Source of the DNA: Candidatus Hadarchaeum sp.
Lineage (GTDB): Archaea; Hadarchaeota; Hadarchaeia; Hadarchaeales; Hadarchaeaceae
Direction: 5' to 3'
Assembly (NCBI GenBank): GCA_020725055.1
Contig: DYFS01000004.1
Coordinates: 1 to 42,919 of the forward strand
DNA: 42,919 nucleotides
Both the position numbers and the translations under genes were made by a program. Numbering within the stretch: the first letter of the stretch is position 1; every line of letters starts with the position of its first letter. Positions 17,610 to 26,189 of this stretch are shown here, in pieces. The notes below the pieces were generated by a model. That model did not search any database, was not told where the DNA came from, and saw only the letters and a list, made by a program, of their open reading frames with translations.

Positions 17610-18770
17610 ATGAGGGGCGTTGCAATCATAGGCTGCGGGATGACAAAATTTGGGCGTCGGGAGGAAGACCTGGTAGAGCTGCTCGCCGAGGCCTCGCTAC
17701 GCGCGATCGAACACGCGGGAGTCAGCGATAAAGATTTCGATTCGGTTTACGTGGGGAACATGATGGCTGGAGAACTCGTCCACCAGACTGCCATCGCGAG
17801 CTCTTTGGTTGACCGAATTAACCTCGCCCCCGCCGCCGCTGAGCGAGTCGAGAACGGTCCAGCCTCAGGGGCCTCCGCCTTCAAGAATGGACTTCTGGCT
17901 GTAGCATCCGGTGCAGCAGACTTGGTGCTCGCCGCGGGCGGGGAGAAGATGACGGCTGCGGACACCGATGTCATCACCGACTTAGTTTCAACGATGACCC
18001 ATCCCATTGCAGAGTATGTGCACGGGGTGACCCTACCCGCGATGGCTGCTATGCTTGCCCGCCTCTATATGGAGCGCTACGGCCTTACCGAGCGCCACCT
18101 AGCCATGGTCGCCGTGAAAAATCACACCAACGGGATGAAGAACCCCTACGCCCACATCCAGAGGTTATGCACGGTTGAGGGCGCCATGAGTTCGGGCGTG
18201 ATTGCGGATCCCATACGGCTTTACTACGCCTGCCCCATTAGCGACGGTGCCGCAGCCGTGGTCCTGTGCCCATTGGAGAAAGCCCGGGAATTCACAGATA
18301 AGCCGATTCGAATCGCCGGCTTCGGGCATGCGACCGATGTGCAAACCCTCCAGGAGCGGGAGGACCCCGCTGTGCTCAAATCTGTCAAGATAGCCTCGCA
18401 GCAAGCGTTCAAAATGGCCAAGCTTACGCCAAAGGACATAGATGTTGTGGAGTTGCATGATGCATTCGAAATCTTGGAAATAGTGCAGAGTGAGGACGCT
18501 GGGTTCTTTGAGAAAGGAAAGGGGCATCTGGCGGTTGAAAAGGGCGTGACCGCGCTCGATGGCGAGTTGCCGATCAATCCTTCGGGCGGACTGAAGGCCA
18601 AGGGACATCCTGTAGGGGCTACTGGTGTAGCCCAAATAACCGAACTCGTCTGGCAGCTGCGGGGTGAGGCGGGGGAGCGACAGGTCAAAGATCCCAAGCG
18701 GGCTTTCGCGTGCAACTTTGGTGGGTTTGGGAATAACACTGTCATTCACATTTTGGAAAGGGCGTGGTGA
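17610..18770 (+). CDS. Thiolase-superfamily (SCP2/archaeal type) protein lacking the nucleophilic Cys
   Basis: GMTKFG, VKNH.NG..NPYAH, DGAAA, VELHDAF and NPSGGL..KGHPVGATG present; RVE..CASG reads RVENGPASG. Confidence 0.85.
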   Translation: MRGVAIIGCGMTKFGRREEDLVELLAEASLRAIEHAGVSDKDFDSVYVGNMMAGELVHQTAIASSLVDRINLAPAAAERVENGPASGASAFKNGLLAVASGAADLVLAAGGEKMTAADTDVITDLVSTMTHPIAEYVHGVTLPAMAAMLARLYMERYGLTERHLAMVAVKNHTNGMKNPYAHIQRLCTVEGAMSSGVIADPIRLYYACPISDGAAAVVLCPLEKAREFTDKPIRIAGFGHATDVQTLQEREDPAVLKSVKIASQQAFKMAKLTPKDIDVVELHDAFEILEIVQSEDAGFFEKGKGHLAVEKGVTALDGELPINPSGGLKAKGHPVGATGVAQITELVWQLRGEAGERQVKDPKRAFACNFGGFGNNTVIHILERAW

Positions 18771-18771
18771 G

Positions 18772-19119
18772 ATGCAGGAAAAATTCATGGGGTTCAAGTG
18801 TAGAAAATGCGGCCGGGTGATGTACCCCCGCCATGACCGCTGTCTGAGCTGTAGAGGCAGGGAGTTCGAGGAGGCAGAACTGGGAAAGGAGGCCGCACTT
18901 GTAACATATACAAAGGTCTATGCTATTCCCGAGGGGATTGAAATGCCGCCGCTGGTGCTCGGGATAGTTGAGTTCCCGGGAGGCGTCAGAGCGATGGGGC
19001 AACTTACTACAGACGACCCGAAAATTGGGGTGAAGCTCCGCCCCGTATGGGGGAAGCTCCGCAAAATAGGTGAAAAAGAGGTTTACGGGTTCAAGTTCGA
19101 GCCAGTCGAAAAAGGTTAA
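18772..19119 (+). CDS. DUF35 family Zn-ribbon/OB-fold protein (thiolase partner)
   Basis: CRKC...P...CLSC ribbon followed by an OB fold; ATG at 18772, 1 nt after the thiolase stop. Confidence 0.88.
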   Translation: MQEKFMGFKCRKCGRVMYPRHDRCLSCRGREFEEAELGKEAALVTYTKVYAIPEGIEMPPLVLGIVEFPGGVRAMGQLTTDDPKIGVKLRPVWGKLRKIGEKEVYGFKFEPVEKG

Positions 19120-19154
19120 ATGTTTTGCCATGAGAAAAAAACGGAGGGATTGTG

Positions 19155-19748
19155 ATGGAGGTTGACTGGGGCAAAATAATGAAGCCATACCCGAAAAGGA
19201 ACATCACTCTACCAAACGGCGAGGAGATGATCGTCTATTCTCAGGGAAAGGATGAAATCGAAAAAGTCGCCGATGTTTTGCTGCCGAATGTGAAATACCA
19301 CGCGGACCTCTTCGACCTCGTGAACGCCGAGATAATCACTGAGCTCTACCTCTGGCGGGAGAACCGGGAGATCTGGGGTTGCCCGGCCGCGAGCCACTTC
19401 AACTTGGTCGGCAAGGTCGGCGATGAGATTGTCGGAGTCTCGAACGGCGTGCTCCGCGATCCGAAAGTCGGCTGCAGCCTTCACACCACCACGCTGAAGC
19501 GCGGGCTGCAGATAGGCGCTTACCTCTGGCCGTGCAAGCTAGAGCATTACTTCGATGTGCTTGGGATTGAAAGGCTTGAAGCGAGTGCAGAGAGCGCGAT
19601 CGGCGGCAGAAAATTGTTCGCCACATACGGGTTTACAGTCATGCCGTTCCCAGAATACCGCAGCCACTTCGGCACACAGCTGCAGGTAATGACGAAGGAA
19701 CAGTGGAATCGAATAAAGGCCGGCAAGCTCGCGGGCGAACGGATTTAA
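19155..19748 (+). CDS. Hypothetical protein, probable GNAT-fold acyltransferase
   Basis: VGKVGDEIVG strand, KRGLQIG motif-A-like segment, LF..YGF motif-B-like segment; GGAGG RBS. Confidence 0.55.
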   Translation: MEVDWGKIMKPYPKRNITLPNGEEMIVYSQGKDEIEKVADVLLPNVKYHADLFDLVNAEIITELYLWRENREIWGCPAASHFNLVGKVGDEIVGVSNGVLRDPKVGCSLHTTTLKRGLQIGAYLWPCKLEHYFDVLGIERLEASAESAIGGRKLFATYGFTVMPFPEYRSHFGTQLQVMTKEQWNRIKAGKLAGERI

Positions 19749-19780
19749 TCCTCGCAGAGCAAGGCCTTCTGGGGTTTATT

Positions 19781-20710
19781 CTGGCACGATTAGCGAGGGC
19801 GACTTTCATAGCCCCTGCTGTGCTCGAAGCGTTGGGGTCAGGAGCCGCGGGCGAAATTCACAGCGTTTTCGAGCGGACTTTCAACATCTTGATAGGCGGC
19901 GAACTTGTGGGTGTCGCTCGGAGTGGTGTCTCACGGGGCCCGATTAATTTGATCACCGATATCCCTGCGAGCGAAAGCATGTCCGCGCTCGGCGTCGGCA
20001 AGGGAATGCATGTTCGAAAAGTCGGTAGTCGGTTACTCATCGACGAGGTGCTCGAGATTTCGCTAGAGGGGGCGGAGCTCTGGCGGCCCAAAACTCGCGC
20101 CGAACGGTGTCTCGACCTCGAGCTCATCAAACGCAACCTAGAGCTGGCAAAGAAGCTAGCCGCAAGCAATGCCGGGCGCGAGGGACTGGGCCAATTGTTG
20201 TCGCATGTCGACGAAATCTCCGTAGGCAAAGTGAATCCAACGCCTGACTTAAACGCGGTGGCTAGGACTGTTTTACCTCTGTTGGTTCAGCTTTCGGGAG
20301 CGGTCAAATCTGGAGATGTTAGGGGTATCGAGAGGGTTGCTCAAAAACTCATCGGGCTTGGTCCCGGGCTTTCCCCCTCCGCTGACGACGCGCTGTCCGG
20401 CTTCACGGCTGCTCTTTGGTGGGTCTCCCATTCAGTAAACAGGGGTGTTGACCGCGTGGAGGAGATTAATCGAGCAATCGCCGGTCAAGCAAGTGGCACG
20501 ACTTTGTTGAGCGGACAGCTCTTACGGCATGCCGCTCGTGGTGAGGTCAACGAACGGGTGGAGAAACTGCTCGGAAAACTGCTGGATGGCGCGCCATCCG
20601 AAATCGAGCCATTGGTAAAGCAGGTCCTAAAAATCGGTGAGACTTCTGGAATCGATATGATGGTTGGACTTCTGTTGGGGATGCGGGTTGGGCTGGAGAT
20701 AGGAGAGTAG
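19781..20710 (+). CDS. DUF2877 family protein (YahE/YlbF-like)
   Basis: G.IHSVF.R..N, LIGLGPGLSPSADD.L.G, TT.LS and IG.TSG.D...G motifs; start uncertain (CTG 19781 after GGGGT, or GTG 19703). Confidence 0.82.
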   Translation: MARLARATFIAPAVLEALGSGAAGEIHSVFERTFNILIGGELVGVARSGVSRGPINLITDIPASESMSALGVGKGMHVRKVGSRLLIDEVLEISLEGAELWRPKTRAERCLDLELIKRNLELAKKLAASNAGREGLGQLLSHVDEISVGKVNPTPDLNAVARTVLPLLVQLSGAVKSGDVRGIERVAQKLIGLGPGLSPSADDALSGFTAALWWVSHSVNRGVDRVEEINRAIAGQASGTTLLSGQLLRHAARGEVNERVEKLLGKLLDGAPSEIEPLVKQVLKIGETSGIDMMVGLLLGMRVGLEIGE

Positions 20711-20724
20711 AAGAGGGGCACTCG

Positions 20725-21219
20725 TCAGGACATAGATTTTTGTATAAACTCATGTTCTACTAAGTATTTCAGAGTTCTTGTCATGGGGTGTTCCTGCATT
20801 GTAGTAACCTTTCTAAGTAGTTTTAAGAAGTTTCTCATTAACTCCTCCAAAAGATAAACTTCAATCCCTCGCTTCTTGAGATTCCTTTCAACCTTCTTGA
20901 TTGAGGAGTCAACTACTAAAATTTTCTTAATTGATTTATTACCAACTAACCGCGCGTTCTTGATTGCGCGCTCTGCTTGTTTGAAGTCTTCAGAAAGCTT
21001 CTTGGTTGTTTCTCTTGAAGAACGATAGCCTGTGAATGCTTTACATTCAATAATCAATACTTCTTTATCAGTGATAGCTAGGACATCGATGTCTTTCCAT
21101 CCACTTACTTTCTTTCCTGTTACTTCTTTAGGCACCCGATACTTCCAGTCTTTAGATATGAAGTACCCTTTCAATCGATAGTATTCTGATACAATCTCTT
21201 CAACATAGCTTACTACCAT
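20725..21219 (-). CDS. Solitary PD-(D/E)XK-superfamily nuclease, low GC
   Basis: EE....Y...GY, DIDVLA and IIECK pattern; 16/60 G+C in 20881-20940. Confidence 0.7.
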   Translation of the reverse strand: MVVSYVEEIVSEYYRLKGYFISKDWKYRVPKEVTGKKVSGWKDIDVLAITDKEVLIIECKAFTGYRSSRETTKKLSEDFKQAERAIKNARLVGNKSIKKILVVDSSIKKVERNLKKRGIEVYLLEELMRNFLKLLRKVTTMQEHPMTRTLKYLVEHEFIQKSMS

Positions 21220-21285
21220 AAACTAGGCACCATCTGGATTTAGAAGCCAGATTATTTAACGGATGGGGGTACGCGAGGTGTTCAG

Positions 21286-22080
21286 TTATTCTTCTGCCGC
21301 GACCTTCTTCAGGAAGATGCCTTCTGGGTCCACCTTCTCCCGCAGGATTTTTATCTCGGCCTCGGTCGGCGGTTCCGTCTTTTTTGCCCGCGAAACATCG
21401 AGCTTAAAACCTGTGTTCTTTTTGACCTGCTTGGGCGTCACCCCCGGGTGGTACGAAGCGAGGTAGGCCCGCTTCGTCCGCTCGTCAAACCTCAGCACCC
21501 CTAGGGTGGTGATGACTGCGGAGGGACCACCCCAGGGCAACCCGGCCCGCTTCCGCCCCTCAGGCCCATCGATCCAGCCGGGACTCGTGATGTAGTCGAC
21601 GCGCTCGGGAAACCTCCGCTTCTCGTGGACGGCGATGATTATCGTTCGCTTCGAAAGGCAGGCGATGTCCCCGGAACCCCCGCTTCCCGGAAAGCGGACC
21701 TTCGGGCGATGGTAGTCACCGATGCAAGTTGCGTTTATGTTTCCGTACGCGTCGATCTGCGCCCCGCTGAGGAACCCGACATCGATGTACCCCCGCTGCA
21801 GGATTGTGGAGAAAACGTCGAAGAGCCCCGTCGCAGTCGAGGCAAAACGCATCGTGCGAGGGTCTCCCACCGACATCGGGAGGTGGGCGAGCTTGCAGTC
21901 GACGGCCCCCGCCTCGAAGACTATGGTGCAGTTGGGAGCATGGGTGTGCTGGGCGAGCATGGCCCCGAGCATCGGCAGACCGGTCCCAGCAAAAACGATT
22001 TCTCGATCCTTGATTTCCCGCGCCGCAGCCACCGCCATGAGTTCAATCAGCGTATAATCCTTCGCGTATTTTTTCTCCAT
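21286..22080 (-). CDS. Family I CoA-transferase beta subunit (glutaconate CoA-transferase-like)
   Basis: FAGTGLP, FEAG (catalytic Glu position), GAQID.YGNIN.T, GSGG..DIA and DYITSPG motifs. Confidence 0.9.
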   Translation of the reverse strand: MEKKYAKDYTLIELMAVAAAREIKDREIVFAGTGLPMLGAMLAQHTHAPNCTIVFEAGAVDCKLAHLPMSVGDPRTMRFASTATGLFDVFSTILQRGYIDVGFLSGAQIDAYGNINATCIGDYHRPKVRFPGSGGSGDIACLSKRTIIIAVHEKRRFPERVDYITSPGWIDGPEGRKRAGLPWGGPSAVITTLGVLRFDERTKRAYLASYHPGVTPKQVKKNTGFKLDVSRAKKTEPPTEAEIKILREKVDPEGIFLKKVAAEE

Positions 22081-22084
22081 CTCC

Positions 22085-23053
22085 CTACCCCCGCTTTAGT
22101 TTTGGCGCGTACCCCAGCTTCTTGTCCGCCTTGAGCTTCCTGAGTTTCTCGGCACCGCCTATTTTCCCGAGGTACTCCTCCCAGTCCCCAACACCGTAAA
22201 TGTATTCGTTGAAAAATTCTCTGAAAGATGCATCATCCCTTGCTCGCTCGTGATACAGCCGCAGGAACTCTGGATCGTAATCGTAGTACCTATAGCACGC
22301 ATACGGGTGGGCGCCGTACGGAACCTTGATGATTGCGTTCACCCTGAAAAACGGGATGAGGTTGTGCTCTGGGTACTCGCGCAGCTCCTCCGGCTGCACG
22401 ATTTCCTCACATGTGACGATTAGTTTTTTTGCACACTTCGCCTGTTGTTCGTCACCAAAGTTCTGCCCATAGATTCGAACGGTCCCTTGGGCATCCACAA
22501 CCTGGGCATGGATGATGGTCACGTCGGTTTGAATCGCCGGAAGAAGCACTATTTTGTCTCCGGTGAATGGGCAGTTTATGGTGGCGAGCTTTTTCGGGGC
22601 GATCTTTGGATCACTCCTCCTCGTTTTCTCGCTGAAGCCCTCTTTTTTCACTATGTCGGACCCGAGCATCGTCCTGGTTGGGATGAAAGGTATCCCCATC
22701 GCCCCCGCCGCGAACCTTTGTACCATCCCGAAGTTACTGTAATCCTCCCATTCGATCAGACCCCCCTCAACAGCACGCCTGAACCTAGGTCCGATTCTGG
22801 CAAACGCCTCATCCGCCTCGTAAGCGAGCTCAACCCTTCGAACGCATCCGGCCCCGATCAACATGTCGAGGTCGCCGCCGGGGGAGTGCCCATAGAAATG
22901 GAGGTTTCGCCTTTTTTGCCTGATTAGCTCGTAGACGAATGCCATCGGGTGGCGCTGGGTTGTGAAACCGCCAAGCGAGATGTGAGCGCCGTTCGGCACG
23001 AGTTTTGTAGCCTCGCGCAAGCTCATGATTTTATCATCAACCTTGGACGCCAC
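22085..23053 (-). CDS. Family I CoA-transferase alpha subunit (glutaconate CoA-transferase-like)
   Basis: GGFT..RHPMA...ELIRQ, DMLIGAG, AGAMG.PF.P, GSD and PYGAHP motifs. Confidence 0.9.
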   Translation of the reverse strand: MASKVDDKIMSLREATKLVPNGAHISLGGFTTQRHPMAFVYELIRQKRRNLHFYGHSPGGDLDMLIGAGCVRRVELAYEADEAFARIGPRFRRAVEGGLIEWEDYSNFGMVQRFAAGAMGIPFIPTRTMLGSDIVKKEGFSEKTRRSDPKIAPKKLATINCPFTGDKIVLLPAIQTDVTIIHAQVVDAQGTVRIYGQNFGDEQQAKCAKKLIVTCEEIVQPEELREYPEHNLIPFFRVNAIIKVPYGAHPYACYRYYDYDPEFLRLYHERARDDASFREFFNEYIYGVGDWEEYLGKIGGAEKLRKLKADKKLGYAPKLKRG

Positions 23054-23102
23054 ACATTCACCCCCATTCCAAATTTTTGGAGCTGTATAAAAAGAGGTGG
23101 GG

Positions 23103-24491
23103 CTAGTACTTCTCAGCCATCGCTTTCAGCGCCTTCTTGAAGCACTCCATCGGCGCACGGAGCACGCCGAAGCCCACCGTGCCAAAGCCCGGCTTCTTGT
23201 GAGCCACGCCGGTGTTGATGAACGGCAGGATGCCCGTGTCAATGACCTTCCGCAGGTCGATGCCGCGCGGTATGCCCTCGAAGTTCATGAATGGGATCGG
23301 CAGGTTGCCGTCCTTCACCAAGCATATCTCGCCCATCTCGCGGGTGTAATCGGCTGCGATGCTAGGCGACCCCCCTACCACTTGGACAACGGCTGGTGCT
23401 GCTGCTGAAGCGAAGCCCCCGAAGCCGGCAGTCTCCATTATCGCGCTGTCACCGATGTCTGGGTTGGCGTCCGCCTCACTGAACCCCGGGAAGAAGAGCG
23501 TCTTCGGAACCTCCGCAGGCGCCGTGAACCACTGACCGGGCAACCCGCTCCCCCTGATGCCGAAGTCCGTGCCGTTCCGCGAGAGGGTGGTGACGACGGT
23601 GCTGTGCTCGATACCGTGCGCCGCGTCGAGCGTCGCTTTGCACGCAGCCATCGCCGGGTTCAGGAAGAAGAGGAAGTTGTCACCCATGAACTTTAGAACC
23701 TCGTCGATTTCGCGCTTGTCGAAGCCCGTCTCGGCTAGGTGCGGCGCCATGATTTTCAGGAGGATCAGGCTGCTCGCGACGTTCCTGCAGTGGAGCTCGT
23801 CGCCCATCTGCAGCGCCTGGGCCATTATCGCCTTAATGTCGATCGGTCCAGAGTACTTCAGCGCCTCGGCGAGCATCGGCGCGAGTGTTTTTTCCATCCA
23901 CTTCAGCCTTTTGATCACGCTTTCCTCATAGGCGCCGTAACGCAGCACCTTGCCGAGCCCCTCATTGAAGTTCGAATACGAGCGGTTGCCGTGCTCCTTG
24001 TTTTCGATGACGAAGACCGGCATCGAGGGCGAGATTATGCCAGCCATTGGCCCCACGGAGTCGTGGTCATGACAAGCCCCAAACTTTATCTCCCCGCTTG
24101 AGGCCAGCTTGTCCGCCTCCTTCTGGTCTTTCGCCAAGCCTTCGTAAATCAGTGCCCCCCACACCGCTCCCTTGGTTGGGCCGGACATCCGCTCCCACCT
24201 AATCGGCGGTCCGGAGTGCAGAATCGTGTGCCCAGTCATTCCGGGGATTACATCCTTCGCTGTTTTGATGTCGACGAGCGCCGGCTTTACAGCAAGGATT
24301 TTTGCGACGGCGCGCTCGTTCGCCTCGTCGATTTCTGGGCGGTCGAGTTTCGCAAGCAACCGCGCTAGCTCGGGGTCACCTCCAGCGGGCGGGCGCCAGT
24401 CGACGTGGGCAACATCCGCGCCCTGGGCACGCATACTGTCGTAGAAGGAGCGCAGCCCGACGTTTACCAGCTTCGGCCGATCCAGTCTCAT
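23103..24491 (-). CDS. DUF1116 family protein (YahG/YlbE-like, YahG architecture)
   Basis: ILHSGPP, VGPMAG..S.SM, NEGLGKVLRYGA, MGDELH.RN, RNG..FGI, D.GDSAI.ET and INTG.AH; ATGA overlap with the fdrA stop. Confidence 0.9.
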   Translation of the reverse strand: MRLDRPKLVNVGLRSFYDSMRAQGADVAHVDWRPPAGGDPELARLLAKLDRPEIDEANERAVAKILAVKPALVDIKTAKDVIPGMTGHTILHSGPPIRWERMSGPTKGAVWGALIYEGLAKDQKEADKLASSGEIKFGACHDHDSVGPMAGIISPSMPVFVIENKEHGNRSYSNFNEGLGKVLRYGAYEESVIKRLKWMEKTLAPMLAEALKYSGPIDIKAIMAQALQMGDELHCRNVASSLILLKIMAPHLAETGFDKREIDEVLKFMGDNFLFFLNPAMAACKATLDAAHGIEHSTVVTTLSRNGTDFGIRGSGLPGQWFTAPAEVPKTLFFPGFSEADANPDIGDSAIMETAGFGGFASAAAPAVVQVVGGSPSIAADYTREMGEICLVKDGNLPIPFMNFEGIPRGIDLRKVIDTGILPFINTGVAHKKPGFGTVGFGVLRAPMECFKKALKAMAEKY

Positions 24492-26053
24492 TTCAGCTTC
24501 CCCCATGCCTTGCCCTTCGTGGATATCAGCGCGGCGATTCTCGCAGCCTCAGCATTGCTGGGCATCACCACAACGCCCGCGTCTTCAAGCTTCTTCTTCT
24601 GCACCTCGAGGCTCTGCGGGTCGCGGGCCGTGCCACAAACAGAGGTGATGACCGACAGATAACCGTTGCTCTTCTCCACGATTTTCTTCGCCTCAGCGAT
24701 TGCGCCAACGAGTTCACCAGCCGGATCGGGGTTTGCACCGTAGCCGAGAACGTTGTCAAGCAACATAACGGCCACCTCCCAATCCTTCGCCTCGCGTAGC
24801 AGGCGCTCGCACCTCGGTTTGAAGAAGATCATCGGGTGAGGGGTGCCGCGCGTGAACTCCTCGGTGCCCATGTCAACGCACGTGTGGCGCTTGCTCTTGT
24901 AGGTGCTCGGCAGCCTGAGCCTCGGTTTGAGTGGGACGTTTGAGTAGATGTCGCCCACGAGCTCCTGCAAGATAAGCATGGCCTCCGTGCACAGCGTTCC
25001 CCCCGAGAAGAGGCCGCGGATGTACTTTTGACCGGGGGCGAAATTTTCAGTTTCGCGCTCGACGATGGCTTCGATTTGCTTCCGTGGGGCGGTGAACGTA
25101 ACTTCTTTCGGCTTCTTGCCCTGAGCGATGGCAATGGCTTTTGCGGCAGCGTCTCCGAGCGTGGCGGCATAAGTTGCACCTTGGCGTGCGACGAGCGACT
25201 CGGGCGCACCGAGCAGGCATGCGACAATCGGCTTGCGGGTTTCTTTCGCCGCTTTGAGCACCCCCTGTGCGACGCTCGTTGCAGGGGCTTTTGCGACGAG
25301 CACAATTACCCTCGTCTCTGGGTCGTTGGCGAGGAATCGGATGGCGCCCAGAGTGCCGAGCCCATCCACCTTCTGCGAGAGGTCGCGACCACCGACACCT
25401 AACGCGTGTGTAACCCCAGATTCAACGTCAATCAATCGCGTGATCTCTTGGATGCCGGTGCCAGCAGCCCCAACTACTCCGATTGGGCCGCGCTTGACGG
25501 CGTTCGCGAAGCCTAGCCCGACTCCACCGATGATAGATGTCCCAGCTTCGGGCCCAAGCAAGAGCAGATTTTTATCGAGCGCGGTCCGCTTCAGCTCAAT
25601 CTCATCTTCGAACGGCACGGCGTCGCTGAATATCATGACGTGCTTGCCGGCGTTGATGGCGCGCATCGCCTCTCGCGCCGCAAATTCTCCGGGGGTTGAT
25701 ATGACCACTAAATTGGCGTCGGGCAAAGCCGAAAGTGCGGAGCCAAGAGTTTTGTACACGATTTCGCCCTTTTCTGCCTCCTTCGCGGTGAGCAACCCCT
25801 CAACCTTCGAGAGAGCCTGCTTCGCCGCCTCCTCGCTTGTGGCGTCGATCGCGATGACGAGGTCGTTAGCACCAGCGCTCCGCACCTCATCCATGAACAG
25901 CCCGGCGTCTTTCAACATCTGCTTGTTGTTGTCGGTGCCCATCATCACAGACGCCTTTCGCACCCCCTCGAGTTCCTCAAGCTCCTTCGAGATGCGCATG
26001 AGGACTACGGAATCGCGGTACTCGTTCTTGCGTACCAAACTTTTCGTTACCAA
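24488..26053 (-). CDS. fdrA: Acyl-CoA synthetase-like FdrA/YahF protein
   Basis: YRDSV.LM, MMGT..NK, GP..GT, GA.GTG.QE, GVGGRDLS, GLFSGGTLC.E and G.PHPMI motifs; TTG at 26053 after GGAGGT. Confidence 0.9.
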   Translation of the reverse strand: MVTKSLVRKNEYRDSVVLMRISKELEELEGVRKASVMMGTDNNKQMLKDAGLFMDEVRSAGANDLVIAIDATSEEAAKQALSKVEGLLTAKEAEKGEIVYKTLGSALSALPDANLVVISTPGEFAAREAMRAINAGKHVMIFSDAVPFEDEIELKRTALDKNLLLLGPEAGTSIIGGVGLGFANAVKRGPIGVVGAAGTGIQEITRLIDVESGVTHALGVGGRDLSQKVDGLGTLGAIRFLANDPETRVIVLVAKAPATSVAQGVLKAAKETRKPIVACLLGAPESLVARQGATYAATLGDAAAKAIAIAQGKKPKEVTFTAPRKQIEAIVERETENFAPGQKYIRGLFSGGTLCTEAMLILQELVGDIYSNVPLKPRLRLPSTYKSKRHTCVDMGTEEFTRGTPHPMIFFKPRCERLLREAKDWEVAVMLLDNVLGYGANPDPAGELVGAIAEAKKIVEKSNGYLSVITSVCGTARDPQSLEVQKKKLEDAGVVVMPSNAEAARIAALISTKGKAWGKLK

Positions 26054-26091
26054 AAATCTAACCTCCAGAATTTTCAGGTAAAAATCGCTGA

Positions 26092-26154
26092 AACCCCTTA
26101 TAAACCTACTCGGAATCGTTTTGACGAACTCCTCCTCCCCGCAACCCTTATAAA
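26092..26154. promoter_or_regulatory. Divergent promoter region with two CCCTTATAAA TATA-like elements 50 bp apart
   Basis: TTATAAA at 26098-26104 and 26148-26154 between the divergent fdrA and cyclase genes. Confidence 0.55.
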
Positions 26155-26189
26155 TTCTCTGGCACACCTTCAGCCAGGAGGTTGGAAAA

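Noticed and set aside
17610-19119. Mevalonate-pathway thiolase/DUF35/HMG-CoA synthase complex
   Set aside because: No HMG-CoA synthase is adjacent and the thiolase lacks the catalytic Cys.
26054-26167. Long N-terminal extensions given by the ORF track (fdrA here; also XDH large subunit, MOT1, DUF35, PHP1)
   Set aside because: They run through promoters or neighbouring genes; downstream starts match family N-termini and mostly have RBSs.
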